This document shows, in pieces, positions 7,105 to 14,443 of a stretch of 14,443 bases of DNA; positions within the stretch are counted from its first letter, which is position 1; each line of letters begins with the position of its first letter. The notes under the pieces were generated by a model that saw nothing but the letters and a program-made list of their open reading frames with translations, did no database searches and had not been told where the DNA came from. The position numbers were made by a program, and so were the translations under genes. The DNA comes from Clostridia bacterium (GTDB lineage Bacteria > Bacillota > Clostridia > Christensenellales > Aristaeellaceae), in contig JAKSQG010000028.1 of assembly GCA_024404275.1 (NCBI GenBank), forward strand, positions 1 to 14,443. The letters run 5' to 3'.

Positions 7105-7708
7105 GGCGCATGCTCCTTTCCGCGGCGCGCAGCAACCGCCGCGCTCGCTTTTGCGTTTCTCCAAGCGGTCTGTCATTTTGGATCACATGATCCGCCCGCT
7201 TTGCTTTCTCGTCAAGCGGCATCTGCGCATCGATGCGCGCTTCCGCTTCCGCTGCCGGCAGATGATCGCGGCGATGGATGCGGCGGATCTGCGTCCCCCG
7301 GCGCACGGTGACGCACCAGGTCTCATCGCACAAGCGGTCCATGCCCGTTTCAAACAGCAGGGGGACATCCCACACCAGCACCGCTGCCGCGCTTTCCCCG
7401 GTCTGCCGCTGCATGCGGCCAATGACCAGCGGATGCAGGATGGCGTTCAGCTTTTCCAGCGCTTCGGGATGCCCAAACACCGCTTGCCCGAGGGCACGGC
7501 GGTTGAGCACTTCACCGTTGAATACCTCATCCCCAAAGACAGCGCGGATCTGCGGCAAAGCTTCGCCGCCCTCCGCGGTCAGTTCATGGGAGATGGCATC
7601 AGCATCCAGCACCGGTACACCCAGCGTACGCAGATAGCGGGCCACCGTGCTTTTGCCGCAGGCGATGCCGCCTGTCAGACCGATTACATACGGCTTATTT
7701 GGTTTCAT
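7097..7708 (-). CDS. coaE: Dephospho-CoA kinase
   Basis: 203-aa ORF ending in TGA. The N-terminal P-loop is VIGLTGGIACGKSTV, and the length and layout are typical of CoaE. It lies immediately downstream of polA, a common Firmicute arrangement, and its start overlaps the polA 3' end by 14 nt. Confidence 0.9.
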   Translation of the reverse strand: MKPNKPYVIGLTGGIACGKSTVARYLRTLGVPVLDADAISHELTAEGGEALPQIRAVFGDEVFNGEVLNRRALGQAVFGHPEALEKLNAILHPLVIGRMQRQTGESAAAVLVWDVPLLFETGMDRLCDETWCVTVRRGTQIRRIHRRDHLPAAEAEARIDAQMPLDEKAKRADHVIQNDRPLGETQKRARRLLRAAERSMRHE

Positions 7709-10238
7709 ACCAGCTCTTTCCGGTGTGCACTTCTACGGTCAGCGGCACATCCAGCTCCATCACGTGCTCCATGCAGTCGCGCAGCAGCGCTTCCACCACA
7801 GCGCTTTCCTCCTCGGGGCATTCGATGATCAGTTCATCGTGTACCTGCAGAATGAGACGAGCCTTCAAGCCCTTCTCCTTGAGGGCACTGTGCACACGCA
7901 CCATGGCCAGCTTGATAATATCGGCAGCTGTGCCCTGCACAGGCGTGTTCATGGCGGCACGCTCGCCGAAGGAGCGCACATTGGCATTGGCCGCCTTGAG
8001 CTCGGGCAGTCTGCGCACACGGCCGAACAGCGTGCGGCTTTCCCCCGCGGCATAGCCATCGGCCACCGCTTTTTTCATAAAGCGCTGCACGCCGGGATAG
8101 GTCTCAAAATACTTTTGGATGAAGGCATCGGCTTCCTTGCGGCTCATGCCCGTGTTGCGCGCCAAGCCGAAACCGCTGATGCCATACACCAGCCCGAAGT
8201 TGACCGCCTTGGCGTTGGAGCGCAGCTGCGGCGTTACCTCTTCGATGGGGATTCCCGCCACCTCTGCCGCCGTACGGGCGTGGATATCCTGTCCCCTGCG
8301 GAAGGCGTCCAGCATGGCGGCATCGCCCGAGAAGTGCGCCAGGATGCGCAGCTCGATCTGGCTGTAGTCGGCATCCACCAGCACACAGCCGGGGGCAGCC
8401 GTGAAGGCGCGGCGGATTTCCCGTCCCAGCGGCGTACGCACAGGAATGTTCTGCAGATTGGGCTCCGCGCTGGAGATACGCCCCGTAGCGGTGCCCGTCT
8501 GGTCGAAGCTGGTGTGGATGCGCCCGTCGGGCCCGATCTTTCGGATCAATGCCTCGATGTAGGTGCTGTTCAGCTTGCTGACCTGACGATACTCCAGAAT
8601 CATGCCAATGACAGGATGATCGTCCTTCAGCGCTTCCAGCGTATCGGCATCGGTACTGTAGCCCTTCTGCGTCTTTTTGCCGGCACGAAGGCCCAGCTTT
8701 TCAAACAGGATAACACCCAGCTGCTTGGGAGAATTGATGTTGAAGGTTTCGCCCGATGCGGCATAGATCATTTCCTGCAGTTCCTTTTCCCGGGCGGACA
8801 GACGGCTGCCGATATCCCGCAGCACCTGCGCATCGGCGCAGAAGCCCACGCTTTCCATATCGCGGAGTACAGTCAAAAGCGGCAGCTCGATCTCATCCAT
8901 GACGCGGGTCAGTTTCTCTTTTTTCAGGGCGGCTTCCTGACGCTGCATCAGCGTCAGCACACCCGAGGCATCGTTATCGGCAAAGGCGGACAGATGATAA
9001 CTCTTTTCCTGCGGATTGAGCACATACGCCGCCAGCATGGTATCAAAGGCAATTTCGGGCAGCGGACGGCCCTCCGCCGCAAGGCGGTGCAAAAGACGCT
9101 TGCCGTCATGGGTAATGACCTTGCCCTGCCACAACGCATCACAGTCGGAAAGCGGATCGCCGCCCATCGCGGGCAGATCAAACAGCCCGATCTGACCGCC
9201 CAGCTGCACACGGGCACGGCTGGTGCCCAACGCTGCCGAAAGGGTTTCATCTCCCAGCAGCACGGCAGGGATACCCTTCGCCAGTTTCTGCGCGGCGGCG
9301 GCATCCAGCTCGGTCCAATCTTCAAAAACAGGGGCTTCAACCGGCGTTTCGGTCTCGGTCTCCGCTGCGGCGGCGGAAGTGCCGAACTCTTTTTCCAGAC
9401 GCTGCGCCAGCTGCATCAGACCGTACTTTTTCATCAGCGGCACGGCGTCCGCCATATGATGCACATCGTAATCGTCATAGTGCGGCACGATGGGAATGTT
9501 GCGCAAGATGGTGGCAAGATGCTTGGAGAAGCGGCCGCTCTCGGCGCCGTTCCGTACCTTTTCGCCCAGCTTGCCTTTGATCTCCTCCGCGTGGTCGAGT
9601 ACGTTTTCCAGTGTGCCGTATTCGGTCAACAGCTTGACCGCCGTCTTTTCGCCGATGCCGGCGATGCCTGGAATATGGTCGCTGCTGTCTCCCATCAAGC
9701 CCTTCAGGTCGGTGATCTGCGCGGGCGTGACACCGAACAGCTCCTTGACGCGGGCAGGGGTGCACTCCTCAATTTCGGAAATGCCCTTGCGGGTCAAAAG
9801 CAGCGTGACCTCGTCATCCACCAGCTGCAGGGCGTCGCGGTCGCCGGTCAGCAGCAGCGCGTCCAGACCGTGGGCACGGCAATCCAGCGACAGGGTGCCC
9901 AGAATGTCGTCCGCCTCATAGCCGGAAAGGCTCAGTACCCCCAGCCCCATGGCGGACAGGATCTCCTTGATGATGGCAAACTGGGGCTTGAGCTCCTCCG
10001 GCGTGGCGGCACGCCCGGCCTTGTATTCCGCATACTCGGTATGGCGGAAGGTGGGCGCATGCTCGTCAAAAGCCACGGCGCAGCAGCGGGGCTGACGCTC
10101 CCGGATACAACGCAGCAGCATCATCAAAAAGCCATGCACGGCATTGGTATACACCCCGTCATGGTCCATCAGCGGCAGGGCATGAAAAGCCCGGTACATC
10201 AGGCTGTTTCCGTCCACAATCAGCAGTACATCCCGCAT
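7695..10238 (-). CDS. polA: DNA polymerase I
   Basis: The 5'-nuclease N-terminus is MRDVLLIVDGNSLMYRAFHAL. Pol motif A is VLVDADYSQIELRILAH, motif B is RSNAKAVNFGLVYG and motif C is LQVHDELIIE. The start is placed at ATG 10236-10238, 6 nt after GGAGGTG. The longer track ORF (to 10403) adds a non-homologous leader. The gene ends in TAA. Confidence 0.95.
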   Translation of the reverse strand: MRDVLLIVDGNSLMYRAFHALPLMDHDGVYTNAVHGFLMMLLRCIRERQPRCCAVAFDEHAPTFRHTEYAEYKAGRAATPEELKPQFAIIKEILSAMGLGVLSLSGYEADDILGTLSLDCRAHGLDALLLTGDRDALQLVDDEVTLLLTRKGISEIEECTPARVKELFGVTPAQITDLKGLMGDSSDHIPGIAGIGEKTAVKLLTEYGTLENVLDHAEEIKGKLGEKVRNGAESGRFSKHLATILRNIPIVPHYDDYDVHHMADAVPLMKKYGLMQLAQRLEKEFGTSAAAAETETETPVEAPVFEDWTELDAAAAQKLAKGIPAVLLGDETLSAALGTSRARVQLGGQIGLFDLPAMGGDPLSDCDALWQGKVITHDGKRLLHRLAAEGRPLPEIAFDTMLAAYVLNPQEKSYHLSAFADNDASGVLTLMQRQEAALKKEKLTRVMDEIELPLLTVLRDMESVGFCADAQVLRDIGSRLSAREKELQEMIYAASGETFNINSPKQLGVILFEKLGLRAGKKTQKGYSTDADTLEALKDDHPVIGMILEYRQVSKLNSTYIEALIRKIGPDGRIHTSFDQTGTATGRISSAEPNLQNIPVRTPLGREIRRAFTAAPGCVLVDADYSQIELRILAHFSGDAAMLDAFRRGQDIHARTAAEVAGIPIEEVTPQLRSNAKAVNFGLVYGISGFGLARNTGMSRKEADAFIQKYFETYPGVQRFMKKAVADGYAAGESRTLFGRVRRLPELKAANANVRSFGERAAMNTPVQGTAADIIKLAMVRVHSALKEKGLKARLILQVHDELIIECPEEESAVVEALLRDCMEHVMELDVPLTVEVHTGKSWYETK

Positions 10239-10259
10239 AGGTCGCACCTCCACAATACC

Positions 10260-10288
10260 ATTATACCACACCCGCGGCAGGAATACAA
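10260..10288 (-). promoter_or_regulatory. Sigma-A-type promoter for the polA-coaE-slt-SBP operon
   Basis: On the minus strand: TTGTAT (complement of 10283-10288), a 17-nt spacer, then TGgTATAAT (TATAAT is the complement of 10260-10265). The GGAGGTG RBS follows just downstream. Confidence 0.5.
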
Positions 10289-10320
10289 AGGGGCGAAAAG
10301 CGGCTTGCATGGTAAAAAGC

Positions 10321-10349
10321 TTGCATCCACAGCGGTTTTTGACTATAAT
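10321..10349 (+). promoter_or_regulatory. Sigma-A-type promoter for the deacetylase-parE-parC unit
   Basis: TTGCAT (10321-10326), a 17-nt spacer, then TATAAT (10344-10349). It is divergent from the polA promoter. Confidence 0.55.
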
Positions 10350-10380
10350 ATAAGGTATGAAAGTATGCTTTTCCGGGAGG

Positions 10381-11736
10381 ATGAACGTTTTGAAGCGATT
10401 CACCGTGCTTTTAGCCGTTTTGATTTTGCTTCTGCTTGCCGCCTTTGCGCACGCGGAAGAGGTTTCCTATTATACCGAAACGCCGGAGCTGCTCCGCTTC
10501 AGCCAGACCATCAGTGAGAAAAAAACGGTCGGCAAAAAGGGCTGGTACACCTGTACCTATCCCAAAACCGCCCGTGAGGATGTCAACGCCGCCATCGCCT
10601 CTTTGGTGGACGACATGACCGCCGCTCAGCTGGACGCGCTGAAGGCGCTCAAGTGTGAGGACGAAGCCTGGCTGGATACGGGAGCCGAAATCAGCCGCAC
10701 CGGCGAAAAGTATCTGAGTTTTCTGCTCATCAGCCGGCTGTCGAGCGACAACACACTGGTCAACACCGATATGACCACCCGTGTCTATGACATGGAAAGC
10801 GGTACTCAGCTTTTTCTGACGGATCTGTTTGACACCGGGTCCGATTTTTGGACACTGCTTGAGCAGGAGGTGCGCACCCAGCTGACCGCTTACTTCGGCG
10901 AGGCTGTCGCCCCCGACACCGACGCGCTGGACGCCCTGTGCCGCCGCGAAGCGCTGGAAAAGGCCGATTTTACGTTGGAAGCCGCATCTCTGCAGCTGCA
11001 CTACCCGGCGGATGTACTCTACGAAGGCAAGGAAACGCTGATGCATGTGCGCCTGTGGTACAGGGATGTGCGCCCGCTGATGAACGGAGCCGCTGCCCAG
11101 AGTGTGGATAACAGCCGCTACCGCATGGTCGCAATGACGTATGATGACGGTCCCTCGGTCTATACCAAGCGGCTGCTCAATTATTACCGCAACTATGGCT
11201 ATAAATGCACCTTCTTCGTCATTGGTCAGCGCTTTGGCTATGCCAACACCCTGCAGCGTGAACATGACGCCGGGCATCAGGTGGCGAGCCATACCTACGC
11301 GCATGACATCGTCACCCGCAAGACCATTGACTGGTGCCTGGATGACTGGGCTAAAATGACAAACGGCATGCAGCGCCTCTTTGGCAAAGCGCCGGTTTGC
11401 ATGCGTGCCCCGGGCGGCAACGACCACAGCTATATGTACGAGGGCAATGTGCCGCTCATCCACTGGTCATGGTCGGCAGCGGACGCAGTGGGCAACAACT
11501 GGAGCGATGAAAAATACGCCAACCGCATCATTGCCAATGTGCGGGATGGCGGCATCATCCTGATGCACGATATCAACAATCTGGTAGCGGATTACTCCAT
11601 CCGTGTACTGCGTCATCTGCAGGACAACGGCTGGATGGCCGTGACCATCGAGGACCTGTTTATGGACGCCGGCTACGCACTGGAAAGCGGCCACATCTAC
11701 TACAGCACCCACGAGATCATCACCGAACCCAAATGA
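10381..11736 (+). CDS. PdaC-like polysaccharide/peptidoglycan deacetylase (signal/anchor peptide, DUF3298/DUF4163-like domain, CE4 NodB domain)
   Basis: CE4 motifs are present: MTYDDGP, ASHTYAHD, MRAPGGN and IILMHD. The N-terminal hydrophobic segment is KRFTVLLAVLILLLLAAFAHA. The start is ambiguous: ATG 10357, ATG 10381, or TTG 10390 (9 nt after GGAGG at 10376-10380). The gene ends in TGA. Confidence 0.8.
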   Translation: MNVLKRFTVLLAVLILLLLAAFAHAEEVSYYTETPELLRFSQTISEKKTVGKKGWYTCTYPKTAREDVNAAIASLVDDMTAAQLDALKALKCEDEAWLDTGAEISRTGEKYLSFLLISRLSSDNTLVNTDMTTRVYDMESGTQLFLTDLFDTGSDFWTLLEQEVRTQLTAYFGEAVAPDTDALDALCRREALEKADFTLEAASLQLHYPADVLYEGKETLMHVRLWYRDVRPLMNGAAAQSVDNSRYRMVAMTYDDGPSVYTKRLLNYYRNYGYKCTFFVIGQRFGYANTLQREHDAGHQVASHTYAHDIVTRKTIDWCLDDWAKMTNGMQRLFGKAPVCMRAPGGNDHSYMYEGNVPLIHWSWSAADAVGNNWSDEKYANRIIANVRDGGIILMHDINNLVADYSIRVLRHLQDNGWMAVTIEDLFMDAGYALESGHIYYSTHEIITEPK

Positions 11737-11746
11737 GAGGATCAAA

Positions 11747-13723
11747 ATGGCAGATAATTCTTACAACGCGGGAAAAATTCAAGTTTTGGAAGGTCTGGAC
11801 GCGGTCCGTATGCGTCCCGGCATGTACATCGGCACCACCTCCGTGCGCGGTCTGCACCACCTGTTATGGGAGATCGTGGACAACGGCATCGATGAGGCGC
11901 TGGCCGGCCATGCCACCGAGGTACAGGTAACGCTGCACAAGGACGGCTCCGCCTCCGTGTGGGATAACGGCCGCGGCGTGCCCGTGGATGAGCATCCCAC
12001 GCTGCATGTCACGGGCATTGAGCTGATCTATACCCGCCTGCACGCGGGCGGCAAATTCGGCAACGACAACTATGCCTATTCCGGCGGTCTGCACGGTGTT
12101 GGCGCTTCGGTGGTCAACGCGCTTTCCAAATGGATGGTAGTCGATTCCTACCGCGATTGGACGCACTATCAGATGCGCTTTGAGACCGTATGGGATGAAA
12201 AAGAAAAGAAGTTCCACGGCGGCCGCCCCGTGACCGGGCTGCAGAAGCTCGGGAACACCCGTAAGCGCGGCACGCTGGTGCGCTTCATGCCCGATGATAC
12301 CATTTTTACCGAGGATCACCGTTTTAACGGCGAGACCGTTTCCCGCCGTCTGCGGGAACTGGCGTACCTCAACAAGGGGCTCAAGATCCTGTTTGTGGAT
12401 GAGCGTGCCAAAGAAGAAAAGGACCGGCAGATGGAATTCTGCTATGCCGGCGGCATCAGCGATTATGTCAAATTCCTGAACAGGGACAAATCACCCCTGC
12501 ATGATGAGCCCATCCTGCTGGAGGGCAAAAAGGACGACGTCATCTGCTCCGTGGCCATGCAGTACACCGACGGCTACACCGAATCGGTGTTCAGCTATGT
12601 CAACAACATTCCCACCGGTGAGGGCGGCACCCACGAGATGGGCTTCCGCACCGCCATGACCCGCGCCTTCAACGATTATGCCCGCAAGATCGGCGCGCTC
12701 AAGGAAAAGGACAACAATCTGGCCGGTGAGGACTTCCGTGAGGGTCTGACCGCCGTGGTGACCGTGATGGTCAAAAACCCGCAGTTTGAAGGACAGACCA
12801 AGGGACGCCTTGGCAACAGCGAGGTCAAGCCCGCCGTGGAAGCCATTCTGTCGCTGCGGCTGGCTGAGTTCCTGGAGAACCTCAAAAACGGCGAGCTGGC
12901 GCAGAAGATCATTGAAAAAGCCGTCAAATCGGCCAAAGTGCGCGAGGCTGCCCGCAAGGCGCGTGACGCCGCCCGCGTGCGCAACTCGCTGGAAGCTGCG
13001 CCGCTGGTGGGCAAGCTGTCCAGCTGCACCGGCCGCAAGCCGCAGGAAAACGAGCTGTTCATCGTGGAGGGCGACTCCGCAGGCGGCAGCGCCAAGCAGG
13101 GCCGTGACCGCCGCTTTCAGGCCATTCTGCCGCTGCGCGGCAAGCCGCTCAACGCCGAAAAGAAGCGCCTCGATCAGGTGCTGGCCAATGAAGAATTCCG
13201 CAGCATCATCACGGCGCTTGGCACCAACATCGATGAGGACTTTGACCTGAACTCCCTCAAATATCACAAGGTCATCATCCTCTCCGATGCCGACCAGGAC
13301 GGCGCGCACATCCGCGCCATTCTGCTCACCTTCTTCTACCGCTACATGCGCGAGCTGGTAGCACAGGGACATGTGTACATCGGCATGCCGCCGCTGTATC
13401 TGGTCAAGCGCCCCGGCAGCGAGGAATACGCCTATGACGACAAAGCGCTGCGTGAGCTGACCGCCGGTAAAAAGAACTATTCCATCCAGCGCTACAAAGG
13501 TCTGGGTGAAATGAACCCTGAGCAATTGTGGGAGACCACCATGGACCCTGCCCGCCGCCGCCTGATGCAGGTCACGCTGGAGGACGCCGCCCGCGAGGAT
13601 GAGATCATCACCGTGCTGATGGGCGACAAGGTCGATCCCCGCCGTGAATACATCATCAGCCACGCCGAATTCAACAAGGTGGACAATTTTGAACAGCACG
13701 CCGATCACATCGGCCAGAAATAA
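11747..13723 (+). CDS. parE: Type IIA DNA topoisomerase subunit B, probably topoisomerase IV ParE
   Basis: 658-aa ORF ending in TAA. GHKL ATPase motifs: LHHLLWEIVDNGIDEA, DNGRGVP, GLHGVGASVVNALS. Toprim motifs: ELFIVEGDSAGGSAKQGRDR, PLRGKPLN, IILSDADQDGAHI. The ParE-over-GyrB call rests on the ParC-like partner gene downstream and the absence of a dnaA/dnaN/recF context. It is not certain. Confidence 0.8.
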   Translation: MADNSYNAGKIQVLEGLDAVRMRPGMYIGTTSVRGLHHLLWEIVDNGIDEALAGHATEVQVTLHKDGSASVWDNGRGVPVDEHPTLHVTGIELIYTRLHAGGKFGNDNYAYSGGLHGVGASVVNALSKWMVVDSYRDWTHYQMRFETVWDEKEKKFHGGRPVTGLQKLGNTRKRGTLVRFMPDDTIFTEDHRFNGETVSRRLRELAYLNKGLKILFVDERAKEEKDRQMEFCYAGGISDYVKFLNRDKSPLHDEPILLEGKKDDVICSVAMQYTDGYTESVFSYVNNIPTGEGGTHEMGFRTAMTRAFNDYARKIGALKEKDNNLAGEDFREGLTAVVTVMVKNPQFEGQTKGRLGNSEVKPAVEAILSLRLAEFLENLKNGELAQKIIEKAVKSAKVREAARKARDAARVRNSLEAAPLVGKLSSCTGRKPQENELFIVEGDSAGGSAKQGRDRRFQAILPLRGKPLNAEKKRLDQVLANEEFRSIITALGTNIDEDFDLNSLKYHKVIILSDADQDGAHIRAILLTFFYRYMRELVAQGHVYIGMPPLYLVKRPGSEEYAYDDKALRELTAGKKNYSIQRYKGLGEMNPEQLWETTMDPARRRLMQVTLEDAAREDEIITVLMGDKVDPRREYIISHAEFNKVDNFEQHADHIGQK

Positions 13724-13747
13724 CCGTCCCTTTCAAAGGAGCCTTTT

Positions 13748-14443
13748 ATGCCTGTAAAACCGCCGGCACCCCCCATTACCCCCGATATCATTCAGATGCC
13801 GCTGGAGGACGTCATGCACATGAGCATGATGCCCTATGCCGAGCATGTCATTTTGGAGCGCGCTCTGCCGCGTGTGGAGGACGGACTCAAGCCCGTACAG
13901 CGCCGCATCCTGTATACCATGATGGAGCTCAGCAACACCCCCGATAAGCCGCACCGCAAGTGTGCGCGTATCGTGGGTGACTGTCTGGGTAAATACCACC
14001 CCCATGGCGACAGTTCTGTCTATGACGCTTTGGTGCGCATGGCACAGGACTTTTCCATGCGTGAGCAGCTGGTGGACGGTCACGGCAACTTCGGTTCGCT
14101 GGACGGTGACAGCGCCGCCGCCATGCGTTATACCGAGGCACGCATGGCTCCGCTGGCACTGGAAATGCTGCGCGATATTGACAAGGATACCGTGCCCTTC
14201 CACCTGAACTTCGACGATACCCTGAAGGAACCCGACATCCTGCCTGCCCGTTTCCCCAACCTGCTGGTCAACGGTACCTCGGGCATTGCGGTCGGTCTTG
14301 CCACGAATATTCCGCCGCACAACCTCAAGGAGGTCATCGACGCCGTCAACCTGCGCATCGATCATCCCGAGGCAGGTCTGGATGAGTTCATGAAGGTGCT
14401 GCCCGGTCCTGATTTTCCCACCGGCGGCATTCTGCTGGACACC
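13748..14443 (+). CDS. parC: Type IIA DNA topoisomerase subunit A, probably topoisomerase IV ParC (5' partial, continues beyond the window)
   Basis: I translated this by hand because it is not on the ORF track (no stop within the window). It starts at ATG 13748, after AAAGGAG. The sequence reads ...[24 protein letters not shown]...[25 protein letters not shown]...[10 protein letters not shown] (active-site Tyr)...[29 protein letters not shown] and KPVQRR favour ParC over GyrB's partner GyrA. Confidence 0.8.
   Translation, partial: MPVKPPAPPITPDIIQMPLEDVMHMSMMPYAEHVILERALPRVEDGLKPVQRRILYTMMELSNTPDKPHRKCARIVGDCLGKYHPHGDSSVYDALVRMAQDFSMREQLVDGHGNFGSLDGDSAAAMRYTEARMAPLALEMLRDIDKDTVPFHLNFDDTLKEPDILPARFPNLLVNGTSGIAVGLATNIPPHNLKEVIDAVNLRIDHPEAGLDEFMKVLPGPDFPTGGILLDT

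Noticed and set aside
8900-9500. Possible loss of the 3'-5' proofreading exonuclease motifs in the central domain of PolA.
   Set aside because: The central domain appears to lack canonical ExoI/II/III acidic motifs. It does retain the Bst/Taq-like DTMLAAYVL segment. An exonuclease-deficient vestigial domain is a well-known feature of many Firmicute and Thermus PolA enzymes, so this is not unusual.
7647-10517. A 956-aa ORF on the plus strand, antisense to polA; similar long antisense ORFs at 664-2343 (-), 3763-4704 (-), 5340-6137 (+), 6367-7311 (+), 10411-11463 (-), 12491-13708 (-) and 13733-14365 (-).
   Set aside because: These are codon-aligned shadow ORFs. For example, 7647 and the polA stop at 7695 differ by a multiple of 3, and 664 is in register with the codons at 253, 985 and 1735. 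Stops in that antisense frame arise only from sense TTA, CTA or TCA codons, which this GC-rich coding sequence avoids. Their translations are low-complexity (rich in A, G, R, L, H, Q) with no recognisable motifs. The opposite strand encodes unmistakable conserved proteins.
1-14443. Prophage, genomic island, transposon, defence system or CRISPR content.
   Set aside because: No integrase, transposase, recombinase, phage structural genes, toxin-antitoxin pairs, restriction-modification genes or cas-like ORFs are recognisable in any frame. Apart from the AT-rich first 250 nt or so, composition looks uniform by eye. The gene content is housekeeping and cell-envelope.

Overview
This is a gene-dense, GC-rich chromosomal window (GC judged by eye, not computed). 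It looks like a Clostridia/Oscillospirales-type Firmicute; that is inferred from protein families and gene order only. I saw no mobile elements, CRISPR arrays or RNA genes. Plus strand: a HAD-IIB phosphatase, a GntR/HutC regulator and a xylose-isomerase-like TIM-barrel enzyme form one operon (253-2661). A secreted multidomain CotH-family protein follows (2785-4776). Minus strand: a tightly overlapping operon of polA, coaE, a membrane-anchored SLT lytic transglycosylase and an orphan family-5 solute-binding protein (10238 down to about 4872). Plus strand again: a PdaC-like CE4 polysaccharide deacetylase, then parE and the 5' part of parC, which runs off the window. The stand-out observation is four in-frame TAG codons in three unrelated, otherwise intact genes (1927-1929, 6219-6221, 6790-6792, 4905-4907). 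In each case the reading frame continues in the same frame and restores a full-length, family-typical protein. One TAG sits exactly on the catalytic Glu of the SLT E-S motif. Every other gene in the window ends in TAA or TGA, and the one terminal TAG has a TAA 10 codons downstream. This fits TAG being decoded as a sense codon (amber reassignment or efficient suppression, with Glu the best-supported residue). The alternatives are three independent amber pseudogenes or GAG-to-TAG sequencing artefacts. The window alone cannot decide between these.
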